A program made the translations under genes and the position numbers. Below, piece after piece: positions 53,707-64,000 of a stretch of DNA of 64,000 nucleotides (its first letter is position 1; the number at the start of each line of letters is the position of its first letter). Source of the stretch: Antedon mediterranea (lineage: Eukaryota; Animalia; Echinodermata). Where the stretch lies: NCBI RefSeq assembly GCF_964355755.1, contig NC_092678.1:17358714-17422713 (forward strand), read 5' to 3'. Under the pieces are notes generated by a model. That model was not told the DNA's origin, did no database searches, and saw only the letters and a list, made by a program, of their open reading frames with translations.

Positions 53707-54980
53707 AGCTTTCAATTGCCATAGTTGCTTTCTGGACGCACCAAAAGCGTTCGATCGAGTCAAATCTTATTTAAAGTTTTAGTTGAAAGAGGTGTGCCTA
53801 TCTTTGTAGTTAGGATCTTACGACTGGTATGATAATCAAGAATTTGTTGTTAGATGGAGATATTGTGTCCCTTCACCTTTTTTCTGTTATTAACGGTGTG
53901 CGCCAAGGGGGTGTAATGTCTCCACTGCTTTACAATGTAGCCTATTATATTGAAGATCTTTATGTACAACTTAGAGAGTCCAATCATGGGTGTACTATTG
54001 GTGATAACAAATTTAATTGTCTCAGTTACGCTGATGACATGCTTCTCATGGCTCCTTTTTCTATTGGAGTACTGAATCTCATTAATGTTTTTGGACTTTA
54101 TGCTACGAATCGAGATATTGTGTACGGTACTATACAATCCAAGTGTATGTTTTTATGTGCTCGTGTACGTAAGTTACAAGGTTGACCTAGTGTTAAGCTA
54201 AACCACACTGACCTTGAATTTGTTGACTGTATAACATACTTGGGTCATGTGATTTGTAACTCTCTGAATGATGATAATGATATTAAGAAACAGTATCGAG
54301 CTATGTGTATCAAAGCTAATGCATTATGCAGGACATTCTCCAAATGTTCCGTTGAAGTTAAATGTCAGTTATTTAAAATGTTTTGCGTTAATGTAGGCCA
54401 ATACTGTATGACTCTATGGAGTAAATTCCGTGAAGGTACTGTAAACTAATTTAGAGTTTTCTTTAATAACGGGTTGCGTAAGCTACTGAAAATTCTTAGT
54501 TATAGCATGATTTTTTTTAACGAATAACGTTCCCTCATTCTATAATTTGATGGAACGCTATACATTATAGTTTTAAGAGCATAATTCATGACAGTTGCAA
54601 TAGCCTGATTGAACCATAGTTAACGTCATTCCACAATCCAACCTACATCAGCGTTTGGTACAAATTGGTATTTTTTAGGATATTGTAAGTTGATTTGTGG
54701 AAGTTGCTTATTTAATTTCCTGGTTAAATTGTTTCTATTTTTTGTTTTTTTTTATGATTTGTATATGGATGTACTATCCGAAATAAAGAAAATGAATGAA
54801 TGAATGAATAGTGTACCGTCATTTTAAAAGTGATATTATTGGCCTAATACAACGTCATGGTATTTAGAAACAGTCAAACCAACCCTTAAATGCATAATTT
54901 CACAATTAACCAGATATACTTACAATTGTAAAGCTTTTAAATGTTTACAAGTAAGGACAAAAATGAGAATAAACACTTAC

Positions 54981-55052
54981 AGTGTAACCAATGACGTCAA
55001 ACCAACAAATGCATTTTCATGCAATGTAGTAATGTTGTTACTTCTTAAATCC
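54981..55052 (-). CDS. LRR exon (72 nt): DLRSNNITTLHENAFVGLTSLVTL
   Basis: tttttaag acceptor, GTAAGT donor, phase 2-2. Confidence 0.9.
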
Positions 55053-55329
55053 CTTAAAAATAAAAACATGAATACTTGGTAAAATAACAGTTCACGAGTT
55101 GAGGTTTTCTTTTTTGGGAAAAAATAGGTACAGTTTGGTGTGTATGTCAGCGGACAAAATAGTGACCGTAAAATAATGTATCTGTATTGTAACTGTTAGT
55201 GTGTATTACGTGTCAGTGAAAATTAAAGAGGGTCGATAACGGTACAAACGTTAAAAATAAATATTATTAAAATTAATATACAAAGTTTTTCGATCAAGTA
55301 CGTATCAAGTTCAAACTATCAAACACGTC

Positions 55330-55930
55330 ACAGGAAGCGTGGACAAATGTCGAAGACGTGTGAAACTTCGAAGGAAAAAAAATTAAACCTTCCTATGTCA
55401 TCTGTTATTTTTGGTAATGCTCACTCACTCAAAAACAAGTTTAGTGAATTGGCTGCAAATGCCAGTATTCGAATACAGAGACAGTTGCCTTATGGCGCTC
55501 ATTGAAATTTGGCTATATGAATCTGTTTCATATCATGGATCAAAAAATTGTTCTTGTAATCTGGAATTATTATCAGTTGCTCGTCGTCCCTTTTACTTGA
55601 AAAGGGAATTCTAGCAGGTTCTAGTCATCATTATCTATATACACCCGAAAGCAGACTTCAAAGTAGCTTGCGCTAAAGTCGTTGAGATAGATAGACAACT
55701 AAGCTGCAAATCACCAGATTCAATAAAGCAGTTACTTTGTGACTTTAACAAAGGATCCTATAAAGAGCTTGCAAACGTAATTCCACACCTTCATCATGTA
55801 AACGTCGCTACGAGAGAAGGAACTATACTTGGTATGCACTATGGAAATGTTAAAAATGCTTATACAGCAAAGATATGTCTAAGCACTGGGCGGTCAGATC
55901 ACAACATGATCCCAAGCTATAATTTACGAA
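55330..55930 (+). mobile_element. Degenerate Rex1/Babar-type LINE endonuclease fragment
   Basis: GNAHSLKNK, EYRDSCLM, CSCNLELLSVARRPFYLKREF, CDFN and GRSDHNMI motifs, with stops. Confidence 0.7.
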
Positions 55931-56021
55931 CATAGGAAGCCTCAAAATTAATATGATACGCACATATCTTAGTGCCGTTAATTGTGATATTCATTAGGCC
56001 TACATTAGGCCTGGGTTAACC

Positions 56022-59000
56022 CACTGTGCAACTGTAGTGCTGTTTTTTTTGTTTATTCTTTAGTTCGATTCTTCCAGCATAGTATTGTTTTATTTATTTA
56101 ATCTATAGAAGGTTCATAACAATACGAACGTTAGATTATTGTAAAAAAAAATGTTCGATAAACTAAGTCATTGGATTTTTGTCTAGATTTGGTAGTTTTT
56201 TTATGTTTACGAATTAATTTTTCCATTGGTTAAGGGGGATTGGTCGGCTGAATTTTAATAATGTGTATGATTTAGCTCACAGCTGTTCCAGAAATATGAA
56301 TTAAGTGCAGCGCCCCCAACGTTTCATAGCGTTTTATGGAGTAGCGATTCCGAAAACATATTGTATACAAACCACATGAGGAACCCGGAAGCAATCAAGC
56401 ATAAAACGACTGTTTTTTAATAGCCAATAAAAACAAATAAAGACCGCGAAAGTCAGAAATATAATGAATATTCATTAGAACAACCCTGGATGAAGGTGAA
56501 AAACATGTTGTCGTCGTTTTATCACGTGGATTTTAAGAGGTAATGTAATTGAAAATTGTACACCCAACGCCAGTTTTTTTTCTCAAGTGATACATTTAAA
56601 AAGTAGGTATAAATGTTGTTTTCCATATCAGTTTAAAAATAATTTTTTCTGTTGAATTCTTTGATTTAGTTGGATACTTTAGTTATCCTTGAATGTTTTA
56701 ACAAGGATCGTATTCATATTGCCTGGCTGGATTTTTTCCTATGCTAGCTTATAATAGGCTATGCCCAGGCCCCTTGCGTGGTTAAAACCAGCTGTGTAAG
56801 ACTAATGGCTGTTTATTTTTAACACGTAAACATGTATATTCGGGGGGCCTGAGTGACAGTTGACCTGTTATAAAGCTGATTAATTACTTGTTCCTGGTCC
56901 TAATTAAAAATTAGGCCTAGTCTAGGCCTAAGCTTTTTTAATAATCATTCATATTGGGAAAGGAGTACAGAGTAGGCCAGGCTACAGGCCTAGCTAGGCC
57001 TATATTATATATAGGCTAGGCTACCTCATCAGCAGGTTAAAGGCTAGCAGCCTACCTAGCATGTCTTAGTCAAAGATCTGTAATATATTAATAGAAAGAA
57101 GTTATAGAGTACTGTGACATTAGATATTTAATCATAAATGCATATTTCTTTCATATTTGTATTGTATATTTATTATTTTGATATGCAATGAATCACAATC
57201 TAAATCAGTAAATAACATAAATTTCCGTTATCAATAAATAATTATTAATATATAAACCAAATTAAAATAAAATAACTGTTTATTTTTAACACGTAAACAT
57301 GTCTATTCGGGGGCCTAAATGACAGTTGACCTGTTATAAAGCTGATTAATTACTTGTTCCTGGTCCTAATTAAAAATTAGGCCTAGCCTAGGCCTAAGCT
57401 TTTTTAATAATCATTCATATTGGGAGAGAGGAGTACAGAGTAGGCCAGGTTACATCCCTAGCTAGGCCTATACTATATATAGGCTAGGCTACAACATCAG
57501 CAGGTTAAAGGCTAGCAGCCTACCTAGCATGTCTTAGTCAAAGATCTGTAATATATTAATAGAAAGAAGCTATAGAGTACTGTGACATTAGATATTTAAT
57601 TATAAATGCATATTTCTTTCATATTTGTATTGTATATGCAATCACAATCTAAATCAGTAAATAACATCAATTTCCGTTATCAATCAATAATATATATAAA
57701 CCAAATTAAAATAAAATAACTTCCAAAAAATTAAATTCAATTACAATTCATATACCATTTGTTAAATATTCACAAAATCATTGTTCTAGCAATAACACAA
57801 AAAATACTACCATTCATACAGTATACTGTACATAATAATATGCAATACTGTAACAATTAACTGAGAAATAGCAAACTATTCCTCAACTTTTCTGCACTTA
57901 GTTACCGGCCTAGTTACTTCATGCTGGATCTCAGGTGAAATAAACGTCAGATGTGACTTCATGATTTCCCACAAAACTCTTTCCATGGTACTGCTGTCGA
58001 GGAATTTAAATACCTCGTCCATTTTTGTACATAGAGGTCCAGTTTCAAATCTCTTGGTTCATAGTAGTTCGCTATATAAAATATATAAAAGAAATATGGC
58101 ATTCATTTTTATAGTATTGCATGTTTTAGACATAATTTTAAAGGTATATAATGTAGGACTGACCAAGTCTTTGACCTCTTGTTCTTTTAGATTTATTCTG
58201 TGGCCAGTCTCTGCAATCTTACTATGCTGTTTTGTCACAAGTGACACTGAGAGTTCATTTCTTAAATGCTCAAGATTCTTTTCTAAAGACTGGATTTTAA
58301 TCATTGTACTTTGTAGCATGTCGATGTGCTGCAGCTTCTGATTTTCTCTTTCTGCTAGATGATCACCTGAGATTAAACAATATTGGTCAACCAAATAAAT
58401 GTCAATCTGCATGAAAAATGAGCATCAAAATTATTATATTTTCAAAATGTTAACAACTATTTCTTGTAGCAGATGATAATAATATATGGATAATTCATAG
58501 GAAAATAAGTTCCAGCCAAAGGTTTGCTTTATTATGCATAAAAATAGGATAAACAATTTTGAAATTCTAGGCTCAAAGGGACAATGTATATTTAAAGAGC
58601 AACTTGACCAATTGAGTTATTATGTAATGTCAATGTAAAGTTGAAACAACATTTGAATTTACCAGTCAAGATGTCAGCATCCTGTCGCATGTTGAATATT
58701 ATAACATATTGACACCTGGAAAAATAGTTGATTGAGGAAATATTTAATAAAGAAAAGAGGTATATTTATAAATTACTGTAACAATTGTTTGTTTCGACAG
58801 TTATTTTATACTAACATTGTTCTTTAATATGAAGTACAAACACACTTTTCATTGTTTGGAGTGTGTATTAAACTTTCTAAAGAGGTGGTTATGATTATTT
58901 ACCTACCCTGTTTAATTCAATGTCTACCAGGTATGGCCTAACAACACTGTGCGATATTGTTTTGCTTTTTTTTTTTCACTGCCATGGTCTACAAAAAACT

Positions 59001-60150
59001 TGTAGTCATGATTGTAGGCCTTGAGATATCTACAGGCTTGAGGAACATTGTTGGTTCTGATGTCATCTTGATTACAAAAACAATAGATGCAACTGTACTT
59101 TCCTTTAAAAATAAATCAATTTTTAAATCTACAGTACTTCAGTTTTGTGTCCAAACAAATCCAAACAAGAGAGCTAATAGTCAAAATATTAAAACATTAT
59201 TATACAAATGTATTACTATTAAGGCCTAGCCTAGGCTGTGACTGTCACTCAGTCACACCAGCTAGCCTAAAAATGCACCAGGAAAGCAATAATTATTATT
59301 ATAAACACATGCCATTAATTATTTGGTAACAGTTATAATGATTAACTTTATGATTAGGGTAATTAAAGGTTTAACTATTACGAATTTTCTATGTTTCGGT
59401 CTAGCTTTATTCTAGGCCCACATTACCGTCACGGTCATCGTGGGCGTCAACGCACTTTCTAAGCCTATTGCCAAACCGTTTTCTCGCCGACAACAATAAC
59501 AATGTATAAAGGGGTTGCAAAATATGCGAGTTTTACTAAAAACTGAACCAGGCTATATTTACAAAACTAGTATTATTTTGTTTATATAATAATGATGGAC
59601 TATATTCTAGTTCGTTCTTTTTCTAAAAAAATTTATTATATCCAAAAAAAAGTAAAGAATACAATGATATTTTCTACTTACGATTGTTTACCATTTCTTT
59701 ACACAGTTTATCTTGACTTCCTGGTTTATGTGCTGGAGAGTATTTCAGTAAAATGGACAATATCGTGGTTTATTTATTAATTTATAGTAAAGAAACAATA
59801 AAATATTTATTTTTTAATTGAACATACACTTTTTTTAATCATTTAGTTTTGTATAAAATGTTTTACTACATAAAAACTCACGATAGCGAAATTTAATTTG
59901 GCGTTCGCGAAATAATGGTTTGTAAACAAAAATTATATGTCCGCGCGACTCGGGAGAGCCTCGTCTGCTAACACTGAGGGCGCTTGACTTTTTCTGATAT
60001 CTTAACACTAGTTGAAACAGCTGTGAGCTTTGTAATTTATTTGTCATAGGTATAATCTCTGGTCTATGAGCAAGTGCAAATATTCTACAATTCAGACTCG
60101 ATTCAATGAAATTAAGCAAATTTTGTTTAGGAATTAATGTTAGATGGTGT
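56022..60150 (-). mobile_element. Degenerate Chapaev/Transib (RAG1-related) DNA transposon, boundaries uncertain
   Basis: Minus-strand remnants GKYSCIYC...HDYKFFVDHGSEKKKAK...VVRPYLVDIELNR (~58905-59103) and GPLCTKMDEV...RQQYHGKSFVGNH (~57960-58045); inverted motif AGCTCACAGCTGTT at ~56274 and ~60015. Confidence 0.5.
56808..57720. repeat. Two-copy ~470-bp tandem duplication
   Basis: CTGTTTATTTTTAACACGTAAACATGT at ~56809 and ~57276. Confidence 0.9.
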
Positions 60151-60547
60151 GAGATAAAACGAGAAAATGTCAAGTTTATAACATGAAATGAAATTGAAGA
60201 TGAGTACCACTTTTTGTTAATAATTATGTTAATACAACTTAAATTTATCGTTTGATTTCTTTTGCAAAATACACTAAATTAGGAAAAACATATTTTATGT
60301 TGTATCCGCTTTAATAATAAAGAATAAATCAAAGAATTTGTTATTGTTCGCAGTCATACCACCATTATAACGCTTTAACAAACATTTTAACCTTTCCACG
60401 TATTAATGCCTTAGTGTACTAATATTACAATATATTGTAAGACTTTAGCACGTTACCCTGAACGTCATGGTATTTGGAAACAGTTAAACCTACCCTAAAT
60501 GTATAATCACAATTAACATGATTTACTGACAATTGTAAACAGCAACC

Positions 60548-60940
60548 TCAAATCAAATCAAATCAAATCAAATCTATATTCGTTTCATATATAAAAACGT
60601 AGCAAGTAAGTACTTGTCACCTGGTTTAACCAAAAAGTTAACATTTATTTATTAAATAAAAAATGTACATTGTTTTCCTCGACAGAAAAATATGGTAAAA
60701 CATTCACAATTACATCATAAAATAAAACACATTTACACTTTAAAAACATTAATTAAAACATCCATCAACTGTAAAACTTTGAAATATATATATATTGCAT
60801 GTGCGTTATTATGATCTAACAATCTTTGAGTTAAAATATGCGTTGAATTTGGTACAAAAGATATTCGGTTTCTTGGCGTATCAGCTCTGAGAGCCTTTAC
60901 ATTTTTATAAGATGCATTTGCCGTCTAGCACGTGAAAGTA
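60548..60940 (-). mobile_element. 3' fragment of a LINE (L2/Rex-Babar-like) with (TTTGA)n tail
   Basis: (TCAAA)5 at 60548; minus-strand translation LRADTPRNRISFVPNS resembles the RT C-terminal T.R...SF.P motif. Confidence 0.55.
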
Positions 60941-61112
60941 TTCTTCCTTCTCTGTGCCTAAGGCAGAATTGGAAGGAAAACATCAGTATACATTTGCCAA
61001 AAAGTGACATAAAAGTATAAAGAATACTCGATAAAAATACTTTATAATAATCTCATATAGCGCCGCTACATACTCGCACATTATTTGTTTAATAATTTAA
61101 GCAGATTCTGAA

Positions 61113-61113
<1 letters not shown>

Positions 61114-61152
<39 letters not shown>
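61114..61152. repeat. (AT)n microsatellite
   Basis: Direct observation. Confidence 0.95.
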
Positions 61153-61154
<2 letters not shown>

Positions 61155-61487
61155 AAATACTACGTATGTAAAGATCAACGACTGTAACAATAACATCGGT
61201 GGATTTGAGGACAACCCTGAATACCTGTAATTACAAAACAGTAATATAACTTAAAACTTAAAATCATCAGCTAACATACCCTTTTATCCGCTTTGACAAT
61301 ACAGAATAAATCAAAGAAGTTGTTATTGTTCACAGTCATACCACCATAATGCTTCACTTTGAATGTACCGTAATTTTACAAGTAATATTTAACAGTTAAA
61401 CCTACCGTTAAATGTATAATTTCAGAAATAACATGATTTAGTTGAATTTTTATAAGTAAGAAAACAAAATGAGAAAAAAACACTTAC

Positions 61488-61559
61488 AGTGTAACCAATG
61501 ATGTCAAACCACCAAATGCATTTTCATGCAATTTAGTAATGCCGGTACTGCTTAAATCC
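61488..61559 (-). CDS. LRR exon (72 nt): DLSSTGITKLHENAFGGLTSLVTL
   Basis: ttttgaag acceptor, GTAAGT donor, phase 2-2; flanks paralogous to 54950-55310. Confidence 0.9.
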
Positions 61560-62790
61560 CTTCAAAATAAAAACAGTTGGTAAATAACAGTTCACGAGTT
61601 GAGGTTTTCTTCTTTGGGAAAAATATTTACAGTTTATGTCAGTAGATGAAATAGTGACCCTAAAATAATGTATCTGAAATGTACTATCATTGTGTATTAC
61701 TGTACGTGTTAGTGAAAGAGTAAAAGGTTTGATAACGGTACAATAAACGTTAAAATATTATTCAAATTATAAATACAAAATATATCGATTTAGTACGTAT
61801 TGTAGTACGTCAGGAATAGGTTGTTCGTTTACATAATTACTAATCTAAGACGGAGAGATAACATTTTAATACATCTTAAAGGCAATTGATAAATAATCAA
61901 TCACTTACTATAAGCAGACACGTAGCAAGAGTGTGTAACTTATTTGTTATTATAGAATAGAGATGTAATCTGAGGGTAGCCCACAAAAATTAAAGTATAA
62001 CTAAACGATAAAGAAAGACATTTATACAGAAGATCGATGTTATCTGATAACGATAATAATTAAAGTATAACTAAACGATGAAGAATATATACAGAAGATC
62101 GATGTTATCTGATAACTCGCCCAATGATATCAAACGGCGCCTCTACAGATTTACACATTGATTCAATTCAAAGAGTTTACACTGACGAGAAAAGTCAGCA
62201 TTTTTTTAAAGTTATGAATAATCAAGTACCAAAATAATAATAAAATTGTTTAAAATACCGTTCGTTATCTAATTTATGGACGTAGGAAGTCAAACAATTA
62301 ATATATGTACATATTTGTTATTTAGTGCCTTTGATTCTAACATCCGTTACTTTATGTGTTAACCCACCGTATACTAACATAATAGTGTCTGTTTCTGTGG
62401 TTAATTGCGCGATGCAATGCTGGTTTTTCAATTGAGGATTTGTCAGTTCTGTTCTCGCACGATTGTCCTGTATTTTTCCAATTAACTAATTTTAATTTTC
62501 CGTTGTATCATTTTCATTTCTATCATTTGTAATAAAAATATTATAAATTTATAGTAAAATTATTATTTTTTTAATATAAGCTTTAGAAATAACGTAACTG
62601 CGATCAACGTTTCAATGTTACATTAACTAATTGAAATTGTCTGTAATAAAAATTGTATAAATTATAATTATTTTTTTAATAACATAGACGTTGGGAATAA
62701 CGTAACTGCGATTAACGTTTCAATATGTAACTACACTTGTCTTATGTAGGTTAACAGTTTGCACAAAACAGGTCACTGGATGATACTTAC

Positions 62791-62926
62791 AAGAATGTTA
62801 TTGGTTGATGATTATTGTAGTTCTTGACGGATTCTGCTGTTGTATTAATATAATTCCGACAGTTTAAGTAGTTAAATGAACACGTGCATTTGATTGGACA
62901 TATCTGTGTTAGGAATATTAATTTTT
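62791..62926 (-). CDS. LRR N-terminal cap (LRRNT) exon: KLIFLTQICPIKCTCSFNYLNCRNYINTTAESVKNYNNHQPITFL
   Basis: (T)n-CAG acceptor, GTAAGT donor in phase 2 matching the next LRR exon; CPxxCxC-x6-C motif; open frame. Confidence 0.85.
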
Positions 62927-63671
62927 CTGAAAAAAAAAAACATGTTTTCGAATTTAATTATATGGACAATAAAACCCTTATTTAAAAAATAGCAATACAA
63001 ATGTATTAACTACGTTTGTCATTTAACTATTTTATTTTGGCTCTTGAGTAGGACTGGACGTTGTTTAAAAGATAGATGTATCTTAATTTTGGTAGATCAT
63101 TCTTCAAAGGTATCATAAACTAATATCATTTTGATACACTGCTGTACATCTGTAATTTTAGATTTGTGGATTTTCCGCACACTGGATAAATATAATTCAT
63201 ACAAAAGAAATCTCTTATTGCTCCAAAGGTCTCTCAATTCCGTGTCAAATTTCGTCTGCCGGTGGAATTTGTATAGTCTATAACAATGCACCATCATAGC
63301 GTTGGCTCGATCCTTGTCTGCCTTCTCCGGAGTAGTGGTTATAGAGCCGGTGTTTTGGTGGAATAATGTTTTATAATGCAGGTGATTCATTATTTTCTCG
63401 TTTCTAACAATATCGGAATTTTTACCGCGATGAAGTCTTTTTGCAAAAAGAAGCTTTGTGTTATGTTTGGAAACCTCTTACCATAGCGTTTGTGAATTTC
63501 TTACAATTGATAAATTGATATTTCGACGTCAAGTTTTCTGAGATTTTAGAGTGACAAGGGAGTAATCTAAATGTTGTGGTTGAATCAAGTAAAAGAGCAT
63601 AGACTAGGTTATAATTAAATATTTAATTTATGGCAGGAACATTCTAAAGTATAGACGGCGGTTCGGCTTAA

Positions 63672-64000
63672 TTTTTAGTCGCGTGGAAGCGACTCTATAG
63701 TTCACTATGTCGGTCGGTCGGTCTGTCTGTCTGTCTGTCGGTCCGGTATCACTATGCGTTTTATCGCTTTCTGACCTTATCTTGATATCAGTTTAATCTA
63801 GCTAGGTCAATTTTTCACAGTATATTCCTTATGGCCAGGAATCAATGTGGTTACGTTTTCACGGTGCGCAATAAAAAATTACGCGGTCTACGCACGATTT
63901 AACGAAATCAAAGTTTGTAATCATAATTATCTTCACAACCATGAATCACAATTAAATAAAATTTGGTACTCATAAATTTCAGGGCATAAATCATCATATG
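63672..64000 (+). mobile_element. Helentron-associated non-autonomous element (HINE/DINE-1-like), runs off the window
   Basis: T-run start, short palindrome AGTCGC..GCGACT, then a (GTCG)/(GTCT) microsatellite: the typical HINE 5' layout. Confidence 0.7.

Larger units (their letters stand above)
37091..54809 (+). mobile_element. Degenerate CR1-group LINE (ORF1, APE, RT, (TGAA)n tail) interrupted by three nested insertions
   Basis: ORF1 PTFAAVNLSK...DTASLYREI (~37290-37398) continues in frame at 50733; WPANVIIRKY ORF1 end; APE SYNC...FQETWL...GSDHFP; RT FLDAPKAFDRV, GVRQGGVMSPLL, YADD; tail at 54781-54809. Confidence 0.85.

Noticed and set aside
63097-63390. 97-aa ORF upstream of the LRRNT exon as a host exon
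   Set aside because: No recognisable domain or signal peptide, it ends in a stop, and no compatible donor was found; unresolved.

Overview
AT-rich animal genomic DNA, probably a marine invertebrate deuterostome (inferred from Deu-domain SINEs, spliceosomal introns and the TE repertoire). The ORF track misses the main host feature: a minus-strand, multi-exon leucine-rich-repeat (LRR) gene. It has an LRRNT cap exon (62791-62926) and at least six intact 72-nt, phase-2/phase-2 single-LRR exons (61488, 54981, 31431, 20047, 14155, 7946), plus several decayed exon copies. The gene grows by 5-6 kb exon+intron tandem duplications, and the recently duplicated exons look more diverged than the intron sequence beside them, mainly at ligand-facing LRR positions. 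The introns are packed with nested mobile elements: a truncated Mag-type Gypsy retrotransposon; three CMC/EnSpm-like TIR elements with subterminal repeats; a CR1-type LINE holding a 13.3-kb KDZ/Zisupton-like transposon that contains three large satellite arrays; a Chapaev/RAG1-like transposase remnant; Tx1/L1 and Rex-Babar LINE fragments; Helitron/Helentron-like elements; two DeuSINEs; and a circularly permuted tRNA-containing element. All family assignments come from motif recognition by eye, not database searches.
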